From positions 1 through 49,848 of the forward strand of contig NW_021834268.1 of assembly GCF_006345805.1 (NCBI RefSeq): a DNA stretch of 49,848 bases. The letters run 5' to 3'. Positions 13,460-26,744 of the stretch are shown piece after piece (the stretch's first letter is position 1; every line of letters starts with the position of its first letter). A model generated the notes under the pieces. The model did no database searches, was not told the DNA's origin, and saw nothing but the letters and a program-made list of their open reading frames with translations. The translations under genes and the position numbers were made by a program. The stretch is from Octopus sinensis (lineage: Eukaryota).

Positions 13460-13676
13460 AGGCGGTGAGGCGGCAGAATCGTTAGGACGCCTGGCGAAAT
13501 GCTTAGCGGTGTTTCGTCTGTCTTTACATTCTGAATTCAAATTCTGCCGAGGTCGACTTTGCCTTTCATCCTTTCGGGGTCGATAAATTATGTACCAGTT
13601 GCGTACTGGGTCCTTCTAATGGACTGGCTCGCCTCTCCCAAAATTTCGGGTCTTGCGCCAAGAGTAGAAAAGAATA
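13460..13676 (+). mobile_element. tRNA-derived SINE (family A, tail type 2)
   Basis: Same head and core as 10426-10654; the tail is different (..cccaaaatttcgggtcttgcgccaagagtagaaaagaata). Confidence 0.9.
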
Positions 13677-13749
13677 TGACCATTCAGATAAAGTGCTAAT
13701 TTATAGTCACCGCAACCCGTTTTTTTCTCTTTGTTTCTGTGCAGAGGTA

Positions 13750-13764
13750 GATAGACAGAGAGAG

Positions 13765-13818
<54 letters not shown>

Positions 13819-13819
13819 C

Positions 13820-13878
<59 letters not shown>

Positions 13879-13942
13879 GGGGACGGATGGATGAATTGAT
13901 AGATAGGTAGATAGATAGATAGTTAGTTAGTTAGTTAGATAG

Positions 13943-13976
<34 letters not shown>

Positions 13977-14010
13977 AGTGAGAGATAGAGAGACAGACAG
14001 ACAGACAGAC

Positions 14011-14069
<59 letters not shown>

Positions 14070-14683
14070 GGGATGGATTTATGGATGGATGAATAGATAG
14101 ATAGTTAAGAAGATAGATAAACAGACAGATAAATAGATACATAGATGGAGAGATAGGTAGATAGATAGATAGCTACATACATACATACATACATACATGC
14201 ATACATACATACATAGAAAAATGTGTGTGAGCGTATACATTCATACACCAATACGCAGCAGCGACAGCGTATGCATCGCACACACTTCTATGTAACTTTA
14301 AACGTTTAGACGTCCTGTTCCCCTAGACTCTGCCATGATTCCTCAGTCACATCCGCCATAGATGCCCTCAGTCCATCTCGTATCTAAATCCAATTATCCT
14401 TGCAGAAATTCCTTCATGCTGCTATCCAATTATATATTCTTTCATTTCTGACCCCGTCACTAATATTCTAAAATAATATACGCTTTTGTATTCACATAAA
14501 ATATATACATGCACAAGAATATACACGCGTATGATTATGAATATTCTTATGTAGATATATACGCGCACGGAGACTTTGATATACATAAATATATGCGACA
14601 TATTGATTTACATGAACGCACACAAATATACACAAATTTGTGAGTATGTATATATGTATATATGTGTGTGCGTGCATGCGTGC

Positions 14684-14714
<31 letters not shown>

Positions 14715-15130
14715 TGTGTGTGTGTTCCTTTATTTTTGCTGGTGTTCTGTTTTCATATATATATTTTTTATATTCAGCTACCCTCCCACGGTTCCTCAAA
14801 CGCATACACATATATACACACATATGTACATGCACACGCATGCTATTCATTGCCTCACAAGAATGAAAATTGTAGCTTCGATCTTCCATACTTATCTCCA
14901 CGAGTGAAAATACATACATACAGATGCACACATATATGTACACACACACACACATATGTATATAATATTAGTATATATAATTATCTATACATGTACATCC
15001 CCATTTACACACACGCCTACATGTAAGTGTGTGTGCGTGCATAAATATAAATGCGTATGTATATATATATACACACATATATGAATGTATGTATGTATAC
15101 ATATATATGTATACACACACACACATAGTA
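13750..15130. repeat. (GATA)n array plus (TG)n/(CA)n/(TA)n blocks
   Basis: (GATA)n ~13750-14220; dinucleotide blocks ~14600-15130. Confidence 0.9.
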
Positions 15131-15902
15131 TTCTCATGCATAAGATATTAGAACAAAATATATATGAATGAAAAAAAATGCATTTTCTCATCTACTTACA
15201 CACCATGCTCCTGGCAGGGGCAATTTTGGAACGAATTTTTACGTCTATAGTGTATATATATATATATATATGCGTTATTCCTGTATGCATTACTTATGTA
15301 TGTCTTATAATTGAGGTTTTCTGACAAATCGTATGATCTATAAAAAATTTTTTTCCATTGAATAAAAATGGTGTCCGTGAAATGCAGTAATGCTAAAAAC
15401 CAAATTTTCTACACTGTTTCACTAATGTGCTCTATGTCACTAATTCTGATATTTCTACAAAAGAACATCCATTTGCCGTTCACTTATATTCTCTGAATAT
15501 TCCGTCAAGTCCTGCGGAACGATGCAGTTTCGAGATCCAGCCTGTCTGGATTCTGTCATATCCTGTCCTTAAGATCCTTCATTCCTCGGGCGACCAGGAA
15601 CTGCATAATTGTTTCCTGTAGCTGCACTAATAATTTAGCACCGCAAAATGTTTTTTAAAATAATGAATTCCTTATCTGGCGCGATGACAGCAATATTAAG
15701 AAAACTCGGTGAGTCTATACAAACAACTTATGAGACCAATTTATTTAACTGGTGCTTAAATTTAGTGATCTCGTAAGGGTGAAAGAAAAGATTGCTCACC
15801 TCATGTTAGAGTTTTGAAAGGGAAGAGTGATTAGAAATGATTAGATTAAGGTGTGTGGAAACAATTATTAATATACATGAAAAATTAAAACTTATATTTT
15901 TT

Positions 15903-16478
15903 TCTACTCTTTGTACAAGGCCCGAACGTTTTGGTGAGGGGGCTAGTCGATTATATCGACCCCACTATGCAACTGGTACTTAATTTATCGACCCCGAAAC
16001 GATGAAAACAAAGTCGACCTCGGCGGAATTTGAACTCAGAACGTAGCGGCAGACGAAATACCTATTTCTTTACTGCCCACAAGGGGCTTCACACAGAGGG
16101 GACAAACAAGGACAGAAAAATGGACCAAGTCGATTGTATCGACCCCAGTGCGTAACTGGTACTTATTTAATCGACCCCGAAAGGATGAAAGGCAAAGTCG
16201 ACCTTGGCGGAATTTGAACTCAGAACGTAGCGGCAGACGAAATACCTATTTCTTTACTACCCACAAGGGGCTAAACACAGAGAAGACAAACAAGGACAGA
16301 CAAACGGATTAAGTCGATTATATCGACCCCAGTGCGTAACTGGTACTTAATTTATCGACCCCGAAAGGATGAAAGGCAAAGTCGACCTCGGCGGAATTTG
16401 AACTCAGAACGTAACGGCAGACGAAATACCGCTAAGCATTTCGCCCGGCGTGCTAACGTTTCTGCCAGCTCGCCGCCT
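15903..16478 (-). mobile_element. SINE family A concatemer: one head and three bodies
   Basis: Head 16431-16478. Two 184-bp units (16247-16430 and 16063-16246) carry tail 1; the third unit carries tail 2. Both junctions are the identical gaaatacc|tatttc. Confidence 0.93.
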
Positions 16479-16549
16479 TATAATTGAATTTAAAATGTAT
16501 GTAAGACAAATTTTGTGTTGAGCTAATTATGATCTTTCGTGTAGATTAC

Positions 16550-16700
16550 TCTTCCGTCATGAAGACACGTGACTGTTGGTTACGACTCGTAATCATAAGG
16601 TCTCTGATTCAATCCCTGGTCAGGATAGTGCCTTGCATCCTACAGCTAAAGTTTTCGATTAATGTCATTCTGGTCTACACAGCTAAAACACAGGTACCAG
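16550..16700 (+). mobile_element. Degraded SINE family B head
   Basis: gtggttacgactcgtaatcataaggtctctgattcaatccctgg-like tRNA-type head (sequence reads ctgttggttacgactcgtaatcataaggtctctgattcaatccctgg). Confidence 0.45.
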
Positions 16701-17034
16701 TCTGGCTTTGGTGCAGCCCTTCTTCCCGCCCATATCACAGGCACGGTCAACCACTGGCTACAAAGGTCTCTAAACGATTAGTGAAACCATGGTACACGTT
16801 ATCAATCAACAGGTTTTGCTTATGAATAACGGTTGTAGCTTGATTCTTTGCTCGGTGGTTTTCACGTATTATATCATCGTCATCATCATCATCATCATCA
16901 TTATCGCCGTCGTCGTCGTCGTCGTCATCCCCCCCCCACCATCATCACCATGAACGTCATCATCGTCACCAATTTCATCATCGTCGTCATCGTCATCATC
17001 ATCAACAACGCCATCGACGTTATCATGTAAACCA

Positions 17035-18060
17035 TATTTTGGCTTACGTGTCCCTTGCAAATATAGTGGCTGCTGTCTTACATCTGTATTGATGTGATAT
17101 GAGGTCAGGTATTGCGACAACGAAGTAACATCTGTAGCGGATAAAAGGGACATTTCATCCATGTTTGCCACCATGATATCAGCACACATAATTACGATAG
17201 CTAAAGAAATTGGGGGAGAGGCCTAAAATAAGAGCAGATACAGAACTTACCCCATGGAGCATTGGTAAATTCTACTCATGAAAAGAGCAAAATAAAAAAT
17301 GGGGCCATTCACTGAGAAGATAGTGGGTGGGTACTTTGCTCGAAAGACACAAACCATAAAGTGCATTGATACATCCAAAAGCTTGGAATGAAATACCGAC
17401 ATGCTTATGATATCCCACTTTGGTCATTATCTCATTGCAATTGAAGAACAAAAGATCCCCACCCAGTACTTGCCACATAAAAGGGGGCAAAAATTAACAG
17501 ACAAGAATTGAAGGCTGTGTGAAACCAAGTCTGAAGTTATTAACCATATTATTGCCAACTGCGAAAGATTGTCTTTCAGATATTATCTTACCATGAGGCA
17601 CGATGCGGTGACCAGAACAATAAAGAAAATACCTACAGACGAAGTTGACCCTAATGAGACTGACGGGTAAAAAATTAAAAAATTGGAATATGTGGGGCAT
17701 AAGATGTTAAACAGTCACCGAAAAGAAACCCAACAGTCCAGGTATTGTTGTGTGGAACCACAAGGAAAAGATATGTTCTGTTATGGAAATTAGCAGCGCT
17801 CTGGACACCAGTGGGATTAGAAAAAATTCAGGTGAAAGAGGGCATCAGTAGGAAATTGTTCAGGTGTTTGCAAACCCATCATATAATTTTAGTTTCGTTG
17901 AAGCAACGCGATGAAGTAAACATGGCGGTAGATGGTTTCTTGGAGAGAGAAGGCAACTCCTAAACTTGTACAATACAAAGGATTCAAATATCTGGAACCA
18001 AAAAAGTCTGCAAGACCTCAAGATTTAAAGAATGGTGAATAAAACATTATAATTTCCTTC
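17035..18060 (+). mobile_element. R4/Dong-like non-LTR retrotransposon 3' fragment (restriction-like endonuclease type)
   Basis: Across stops and frameshifts: GLRVPCKYSGCCLTSV, YLIAIEEQKIPTQYLPHKR, zinc knuckle *RLCETKSEVINHIIANC..MRHDAV, PGIVVWNHKEKICSVMEIS (PD..D/E-type nuclease), QISGTKKVCKT. Confidence 0.8.
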
Positions 18061-18114
18061 TCAACCTTGCTTCCGAGGAGATGGCAGGTCAAAATTGACT
18101 TTAAATTGAAGCAA

Positions 18115-19726
18115 ACCTACACGCATACACACGCACACGATTATACACACGCACACAAGCACACTCACACACATACACACCAACACACATACACAAACAC
18201 ACAAACACAACCACAAGCATGCACTTACATACTCAAACAAACATGCTCAAACACACACACATGCATACACACAAACGCACACACATACGCACACACAAAC
18301 ACAAGCACACGCAAAAACATAAAAAAACAAACACACACAGACACACACACACACACAAACACACAAACACACATAAACACACAAACACACACATACACAC
18401 TTACACACATACACACAAAAACACACAAATACACATACACACACAAACACACACAGACACAAACACAAACACACACACACAGACACACAAACACAAGCAC
18501 ACACACATACACACACAACACACACAAACACACACACACACACACACATACACACACAAACACACACACAAACACACAAACACACACAGATACACGCACA
18601 TACACACATACACACACAAACACACACAGACACACACATACACACACAAACACACACACAAACACACAAACACACACAGACACACGCACATAGACACACA
18701 AACACACACACAAACACACACACACATAAACACACATACACACACATAAGAGTGCATGCTTGCATAACTACCTAGTTGATATTGTGTAAATTCCTTCTGA
18801 AAAACCTTGTTTCTGTGTAGAAAAATCAGATTTTTCTTCTTTTGATGAGAAATTAAAAAATCCGACACAAGATACATGTTCATACGTGTGCAACGTGTAA
18901 TTGTATAGATACATACCCTTATGCATACATCTATGAATACATAGGGACATCTATGCATGCATCCATTTATATATATACATGCATACCAACGTACATACAA
19001 ATATACAAGCATGCATATATACATACATATATACATACATACAAACATACATACACACAGACATACATACAAACATACATACATGCAAACACATACATAC
19101 ATACATACATGCATACATACATGCATATATATATACATATATACAATCAAGCATACAATTGTGCGTACATATATACATACATGCGTACATTCATCCATGC
19201 ATACGAACATACACACACGGGTACATAAACACACACACATACACACACATATATATATGCATATATGCAGTTATATATGCATACGCCCTTGGTTACATAC
19301 AATACAAGCATACACATATATTTACACACCTACATACATGCATACATATACCCATACACACACGCATATATATACACATGCAATCAGTTGAAGCCATCGT
19401 TTATCTAGACGTAATTGACTCCCAGGCTTCGCACCTGTTCGCACAAATCTAAAACAGAGTCCGGCAGTCATTCATAGATGATAAGATAAAGACAGACCCC
19501 TCCAAAAACAACAAAAAAAAAGCTGCATACGCCACCGCCGCAGTCACCTCCATCATCACCACCACCACCACCACCACCACCACTAACAACACCACTAGCA
19601 CAACCACCACCACCACTACAACCACTCACATCATCACTACCAACACAGCCACTACTACTACTACCAGTACTACCACCACCACCACCACCACCACCAAAAC
19701 CACCACTACCACCACCACCACCACTA

Positions 19727-19772
<46 letters not shown>

Positions 19773-19775
19773 GAC
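18115..19775. repeat. (CA)n/(CATA)n degenerate array followed by (CAC)n/(TAC)n
   Basis: Directly visible; source of the spurious HT/CV-rich ORFs. Confidence 0.95.
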
Positions 19776-19776
19776 C

Positions 19777-20573
19777 AGCGGATCTTTTCGGTTTTGAAAC
19801 CAGGAGAACAGATCTTTCTACTTAACTAAATAATTTGAAACTTCGTGTGATAATACAGTGTCTCAAAACAAGACACTAGTTGATACTAGTTTATTTGAGA
19901 AAAATCTATTTTATGACTTTAATCGTAGATTAAAACTGCGAATTTTAGCCAATCGTATTGTCTGTATTTATGTGAACTTATTATCTGCGTAGTGTTATCT
20001 GTGACGTGGAAAGCAATTTGTGAAAATGTAAACATTGCTAAACATTGCTTTATCGTAATCGTACACAGTTTTTCAGTTCCCTAGAATTATATTTGAAACA
20101 AAATAAAAAGAAAAAGATTCCTACGCATAAATATCCATCCTTAGACATCAGAAAGATTAGAAATGCAACAAAAATTTAAAATACCGGATTTTTACCTTTT
20201 GAACTTCGTGGAGTATATATAAAATTTGTGTAGATCCTGAGTATATATAAAATGAGTGTTTAAATTATTTTCCATTGTTTGCCTTGGTTATGCTTATATT
20301 TATTTTTATACACACACACACATGTATACAAACATATGCATATATATATATATATACACCTATACACACATATTCTAATGCATATGCATATATGTGTATA
20401 TATTTATAATGTGTGTGTATTATAGATGCATGAATTATATATATTTATAAAAGATGTTTACATACAATATATATATATGTTATATACATCTACATGTATA
20501 TGTATGTATGAATATATAAGTACCACAGACTTTGAATCAAACTGTTTTGATCCATACATACATACATACACAC

Positions 20574-20604
<31 letters not shown>

Positions 20605-20955
20605 TACATACATACACACATACTAAAATTACATCGTTGGAGCAGTAATTTATTTATGTATTTTTTGTTATACAATTTATTTTTAAGCTGAATCCCTATC
20701 CTGCCATTAACCCCTTTCTTATAAAATAGTTGAAGAATCTGGGGTGTAGGAATTGGGACAGTATTGGAACTTTTAACTTCTTGCTCTCTATCTTATGATC
20801 TCCGAAATTTAAGAATCTTGTGTTAACTCGGCTCTTATTATTTACTCTGACTCTGCCACCACCTCAATGCAAAGACTATCAATATCAGAATCATCTTCAC
20901 AACCACCACTACAACCATTACTACAACCTCCAATGCCACCACCACAACCCCAAGA
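19777..20955 (+). repeat. Dispersed repeat plus flank, inverted copy at 31921-32745
   Basis: Shared start ggatcttttc(g/a)gtttt?gaa. 20612-20948 vs 31945-32281 shows 4 differences in ~340 bp by manual alignment. Confidence 0.9.
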
Positions 20956-21049
20956 CCAGGGGTGGGTCAATATAGTTGACATTATTTCCTCCTATAAAAT
21001 TTTTGGCTATGTACCTTTGTTAAAAATTCTTATTTGTATTAATATAAAG

Positions 21050-21950
21050 TGCGAGCAAGAGAACATCTGTAGGCTTTCCTAAACTGTTAGTGTGAATGTA
21101 GATGATGTCTTTTTTCAACTTGTGTAAATTAATGTCTGATGAGAATGTGATTCCATGTAGAAGCTGCCATTCTGGAGATAAATGATTGGCTAAAATATTT
21201 AGTAAAAGGGTTCTAGCTGTGAGACATGTTAAAGATGATGATGTGGGCTCAGTTTGATATAGTTTACAGCTTACTAATTCACAGGAATAGTAGTGGGTGT
21301 TAGGATTTTTTTTCCCATGTTTTATTTGAACAATTTGGCTGGATAAAGGGGGCTGTATCCTTGCCTTTTGCATTCCTTCTGAGACAAGAGCTGTGCCTTC
21401 AAAACTGGTAAGATTGACGTAGTTGATCTTGAATAAAATGTGTGAATGGCTGCAGAGGAAATAACATGGACAAGGGAATTTCAGAAGGATGACAATCTGG
21501 TAAGAAAGAATTTAATGCTTAGTTTGCAGGTGAATTACATGCTACGTGATCTTCGAGCCTTTTGCCGCCAGATGCTGTAACATGGTTTGTATCCAATATA
21601 GTAGTACCACCACTATTGCAATTATGGCCTGAAATATCCAGTGTGATAAAGTAAGATAATGCAGCAGCAATAACAACATAACTATCTCTTAAGAATAAAC
21701 AAATATTCCAAATGAACAAACCAACCCACACTCTCGAACTTCACTATGAAATAACACAAACTATATACACTCTCTCGGTTCAGTCCATTCCTCACAAGAG
21801 GGTACCTTGGCTCTCATCACAACACTGAGAGTGTAAGAGGTTGCTAACTTTGTTCTGCCGACAAATTTCCATTTATTTATTCTTAAGCTTCTCTTACTGC
21901 TGGAAACCACATCTGCCTGGTACTGGCATTTATGTGAACAATGTAGACAA
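21050..21950 (-). mobile_element. Highly degraded L2/CR1-group LINE 3' fragments
   Basis: Minus frames give TKYFSQSFISRMAASTWN..TFSSDINLHKLKKDI and FLTRLSSF*NSL, resembling the SFFPRTxxLWNSLP..INL motif. Weak. Confidence 0.4.
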
Positions 21951-22047
21951 TTGACAAGTATCGAATGCCACAATACATAAATTCCTTATTTATTAAAATT
22001 ATTTTCAATTGTAGAAGTATCATAATTACTAAATGCTAATCGATTCA

Positions 22048-24292
22048 GGGCCATTTAGTAACCTACCAATCTGGTAGACACACTAGTCAAATTGACTACA
22101 TCCTCACTAGGAAACAGGAAAGACAACTACTTGTAAATGCCCAAACCTTCCCAGGTGAAGAATGTACCCCATAACATAGATTAGTAGTTAGCAACTTCAG
22201 GATCAGGGCTAAATGGATGCCCAGAAGACAACCAGAATGGAGGAGAAGGGTCTGGAAGCTTAAGGATCCTGCAAAAAGAGATTGAGAGACATATTACTCA
22301 AAGCTGTGGAAGACAACTGGAGGACAACCTTTTGAGGGCTAGTGACCAGATCTGTGGATGGTGCAAAGTCTCCTCTCAACCCAAGGTAATATGGTGGTGG
22401 AACAATATTGTTGACAGGGCTAGTAAGGGAAAGAAACAGGCTTTGAAGGACTGGAAGACCGGTGATAGCAGGGAATTGTATCAGACTGCCAAAAGGGAAG
22501 CTAGGAGATAGGTTTATTTGGCCAGAGGGGAAGCAGATAAGGAAAAATTTGCCAATGTTCTGCGCTGTGATGACCAATGACTTGAAATATTTTCCTGTTG
22601 CCAGACAGTGTGTGAGAGAGAATCGCGATGTCCTAGGAGAGAAATGTGTCCTCATGGGTGATGGTTCACTTGCTTTAAACGAAGCTGCAAAGAGACAGGT
22701 TTGGAGACGCCATTATGAAAGTTTGCTAAATAAAGTGAATGAATGTGTGAAAGAGAGTCTGCCGAATGCCGGCCCAACAGAGGGACCAGCTATCTAACTA
22801 AATTGACAGTGCCTTGGTAGGTAAAGCAATTAAGGGTATGAAGACAGGGAAAGCCCCTGGGCAATCAGGAATCACCACAGATGCTCAAACTATCTAGCGG
22901 TGTCGGCTATAGCATAGTCAACTAGGTGATACATGAAGGAGTCATACCCAATGACTGGTGTAGCAGCACCATAGTCAACTGCTAACAAAGGTAAAGGTGA
23001 CGCATTAGATACAAATAATTACAGAGGTATCAAGTTGTTGGATCAGGTAATGAAGGTCACGGAGAGGGTCATAGCCCAAGTAATTAGGGAGAGAGGCAGT
23101 CTAAATGAGATGCAGTTTCGGTTCGTGCCAGGGGAAAGCACCACTGATGCTATATTTCTGATAAGACAGATGCAGGAGAAATAGCTAATCCAAGATAAAA
23201 CTCTGTACCTGGCTTTCATTGACAGGGTCCCCCGATCCCCTATCTGGTGGTCAACGAGGAGACTAGGGATGGATGAATGTTTATTGAGAGCTGTACAAGC
23301 CATGTACAGTAAGGTGACGGTTGGCAACGAGTACAGTGAAGAATATCGGGTAGGGGTAAGGGTCAACCTAAGATCAGTCCTCAGCCCCCTCTTATTCATT
23401 ATAGTCCTCCAGGCAATAACAGAGGAATTCAAGAGAGGCTGCTCCTCTATGCTGATGACCTTGCACTAATAGCAGAGTCACTGCCGGAACTGGAGCCAAA
23501 GGTTAGGGCGTGGAAGCAAAGTCTAGAATTGAATGGCCTTAGGGCTAACCTAGCCAAAACCAAAGTTTTAGTTAGTGTGCAGGCTGTCAAATCACAAACT
23601 CCTCTGTAGAAAAGGCATTGGTAGAAACTCCATACGATGCACCCGGTGTAAGCTATGGACACATAAAAGGTGCAGCAATATCAAAGGAAGGTTAACTGGG
23701 AAAATTAGTTTCTTGTGTGTGCAGATGTAGTGGGGCAATAACACTGAAGGTGTTCAGAAAACAGCTTCCATTACATGCTGAGGAAGAAACTAGAAGTAAT
23801 AAATACTTTCTACTACCTAGGCGACCAAGTATGTAGTGGGAGTGATTGCTCTGCGACTGTAGCAACTAGAGTAATAATAGCCTGAGCAAATTCAGGGAGC
23901 TCCTACCTCTGCTGGCAGCTAATGGCCTCTCACTCAGGGGGAAAGGTGGACTGTATAATGCATGTGTGTGAACTGCCATGCTATACAATAGTGAAACATT
24001 TGCCATGAATGCCGAGGACATACGTAAGCTTGCAGTATGCTTGAGTCAAGTAAAACCAATACCGTAGCTGGGGGCCGGTGACCCGCTAGCTGGATCCTGT
24101 GCTGATGAGACATAAAGAACACCCACTACACTCTCAGAATAGTTGGCGTTAGGAAGGGCATTTAGATGTAGAAATTATGCTAGACTAGATTGGAGCCTGT
24201 TGCAGCAGCTGGCTCTCCAAGACTTCAGTCAAACTGTCCAACCCATGCCATCATGGAGAACGGACGTTAATCGATGATGATGATGATGACAA
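22048..24292 (+). mobile_element. RTE-clade LINE, 5'-truncated and degraded, with 3' UTR and (GAT)n tail
   Basis: HLVTYQSGRHTSQIDYILTRK (APE end), WWWNNIVDRA, KGKGDALDTNNYRGIKLLDQVMKVTER, LSPLLFIIVLQAITEEFK, YADD; ends ..acggacgttaatcgatgatgatgat. Confidence 0.92.
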
Positions 24293-24354
24293 CGACAACA
24301 ACAACGATAATTATATTAGTAATAAAGTTGGGTGCAGACAAGGGATTTGTAGTA

Positions 24355-24520
24355 GAGAGCAATAGCATTTGGAGCGAGCAAAGAGTTGGCGGCCAGCGAT
24401 GCGATCGATCGAAAAGCTGTCATCTCGGTGGCGATATCGCCCGTGAGTGTGTGTCCGGTAGCGTACGTAACACATGGACGCATCGCGTTTATGCACGCGG
24501 CTAAGGCAGCTATTGCTCTC
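24355..24520. mobile_element. Putative MITE, CpG-rich, 12-bp TIR, TA flanks
   Basis: ta|gagagcaatagc ... gctattgctctc|ta. Confidence 0.5.
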
Positions 24521-24829
24521 TAATAATCGCTTGCTTTTTATTTACTTAATGCATTCTTCACTTCGGCATACTGGGCAGAGATCGCATCGCATTCATGCAC
24601 GCATTAGCTGTCTATCACCGCCTTAGCTATCATAAACAAACACAAGTTCATGTATGATATTAATCTTTCTTCTACTTCAATTATTATATGGTTTTCTCTT
24701 ATAAAAATACACACACACAGGAGAAGTAAATTATACATATAATACTTTAAATGTGGCTCTCGATAAACAGTCAAAGTAATTACCTGATCAACAATGGGTT
24801 TTACTGCTAGTATATATGTATACTAGCAG

Positions 24830-26080
24830 TATACAGGTGACCAAATCTGATTTTCTTCCTTGCAGTTAAGCAGATTCACTGTTTTAAAAATATCACTCAA
24901 GTATAATATTTTTTTTAAACTCAGAAAGTCTTTCCAAAATTTTCTTAGCTGTATCGTTTGTCTTGAAGTTGTAATGAGTCTGATCTGACTCTTGAACATG
25001 AAAAAGTGATTAATGGCTCCCACAATTCACTAGTCTTTCAAGGCTCATGCCTTTTGACCCATCTTACTTCTGTGTGAAGCAATAGGGTTTTAAAATCTTC
25101 ATCTTCACAGAATTGCATAAAAAATCTATTATTCACAGAGTTTGATTTGACAATGTTATTTGTATGTATGGAAGTGTTGAGTGCATTTTCCATGTGTCCT
25201 CCAATATTCTTAGCAACCACATGCTGTCTGTGGATAATGCAACGTATATTTAAAATGTGAGGAGCAACTGATTTCATTCTAGAAACAAAGCCTTTCACTT
25301 TTCCAGTCATGGCTGCAGCTCCATCTGATGCAGTGTTGATCAAATTAGTCGATGGAATATTTTTATCATTAAAATACTGCATTACTTCATTGAATATATT
25401 TTCTCCATTAGTTGTTTCAAAAAAAACTTTTAATGAATAACATTTCTTCCCTTATATCATCTTCATGGTTGAATCTGACATAGACCAGAAGGATAACTTG
25501 GTTATGAATTGTGCTATCATCAACCTGGATAGAAAAATTGGTCGTTCAGAGAATTTCCACAGTCTTCTTTCTCCTCAACATCCTGTCTTCTTGTAATTGT
25601 GTTATTTGAAAGTGGAATTGTACTCAGAGTAGGTTCAGCATCTTTTCCCAGAACCTCATTTGCACAAGCTATCATAGCAGGCTTGACAAGATTCTCACCT
25701 TAAATCTGAGGTGCTGCAACCTTGGCAATAATTTCAGAAACCAAATAACTTGGTTTGAGTATCTTTACTTTTTCAATATTTATCTTCTTTACAAAATCAG
25801 GTAGTTTGATTAGCTGTATTTTCTTTTTATTCTCAAAATATTCCCGACCTTTACCAACAGATGATGGATGCCTTAATTTCTGGTGCTGCTCCAGCTTAAC
25901 TTTCTTCATGGAATAATTTGTCCTGATGGCATTACATTCAAAGGATAGATTTGTGGTTGAAAGATTGCTTCACACCCATGGGTTTCTGGGTTGTCTTTTA
26001 CTGTAGTCTTAGGTTGATCAATGTCATGTGAGTCAAATTGGGAGAATGATTCTATTAAGAAGCCCGCAAGATGTGTTTGT
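24830..26080 (-). mobile_element. hAT (Buster/Charlie-like, ZBED8/SCAND3-related) transposase pseudogene
   Basis: TASDGAAAMTGKVKGFVSRMK..RCIIHRQHVVAK, LLLHTEVRW, SYLVSEIIAK, ENLVKPAMIACANEVLGKDAE..IPLSNNTITRR; many stops. Confidence 0.9.
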
Positions 26081-26695
26081 GTGTATGTGTGTGTGTTCAT
26101 TTACATGTTTACTGCTCTAGTATACTAGGCTATCAAGGTTACTTTCAATGAACAGGCATCGTTAAAATGGGACGCTGCCCTATGTTTGAAATTATCTCTA
26201 ATATTGATAGGATCAATGAAGACACCCAAAGACAGTGCCTGAGTATGGTCATAGCACACTGACTGAAATTAATAAAAGAAGAAACAATTCTAGGTTTCAA
26301 AACATTTTTAATGATAAACATCCAAATGTAAAGACAATGTTAAATGACTTTTCTCGGTGTAATTGTATGCATACATGCATAAATGGAATTTCCTTCTAAG
26401 TAGAAGTTCACCCGAAACAAAAGTCATGGAAATTATTAGGATGAATATTCTTTGGGTGGGAGATCAGAATGAATAAAAGAATGCAAGTGAATGTGTCATG
26501 TAAAGTGGGATGGGTGGGGGTTGGGGAGGTGCACAGCTGCCTTCAGAACAAAGTAAAAAATCTTTGGTTTCATAATGGTTGAATCATTCGCCCAAAAATG
26601 AGATTTTTTTTCTTTTTTAAGACATGTAATAGTAGACATGTAGTGGGGGAATACTTATATTGATAGGAATCATTAATTAACAAGAAAATAATTAT

Positions 26696-26744
<49 letters not shown>

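Noticed and set aside
15193-15237. 45-nt minus-strand exon candidate ending in GTAAGT
   Set aside because: The acceptor sits in a (TA)n tract without pyrimidines; chance-level evidence.
15903-16478. CRISPR-like appearance of regularly spaced repeats
   Set aside because: The units are contiguous SINE bodies with no unique spacers, in a eukaryotic context with no cas genes.
17048-17200. 153-nt minus-strand exon candidate with strong acceptor (cctctcccccaatttctttag), GTAAGC donor and open frame (IVIMCADIMVANMDEM..)
   Set aside because: It lies antisense to the R4/Dong-like LINE fragment, whose plus strand carries the LxVPxKxxGxxLTSV-type motif. No protein similarity is recognisable.
18067-19452. 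His/Thr- and Cys/Val-rich ORFs up to 281 aa
   Set aside because: Translations of (CA)n/(CATA)n microsatellites. The same applies to the YI/IYLS ORFs throughout the window.
21135-21160. ctgatga-gaat(gtg)attc hairpin
   Set aside because: No GAAA follows; it lies within a degraded LINE fragment.
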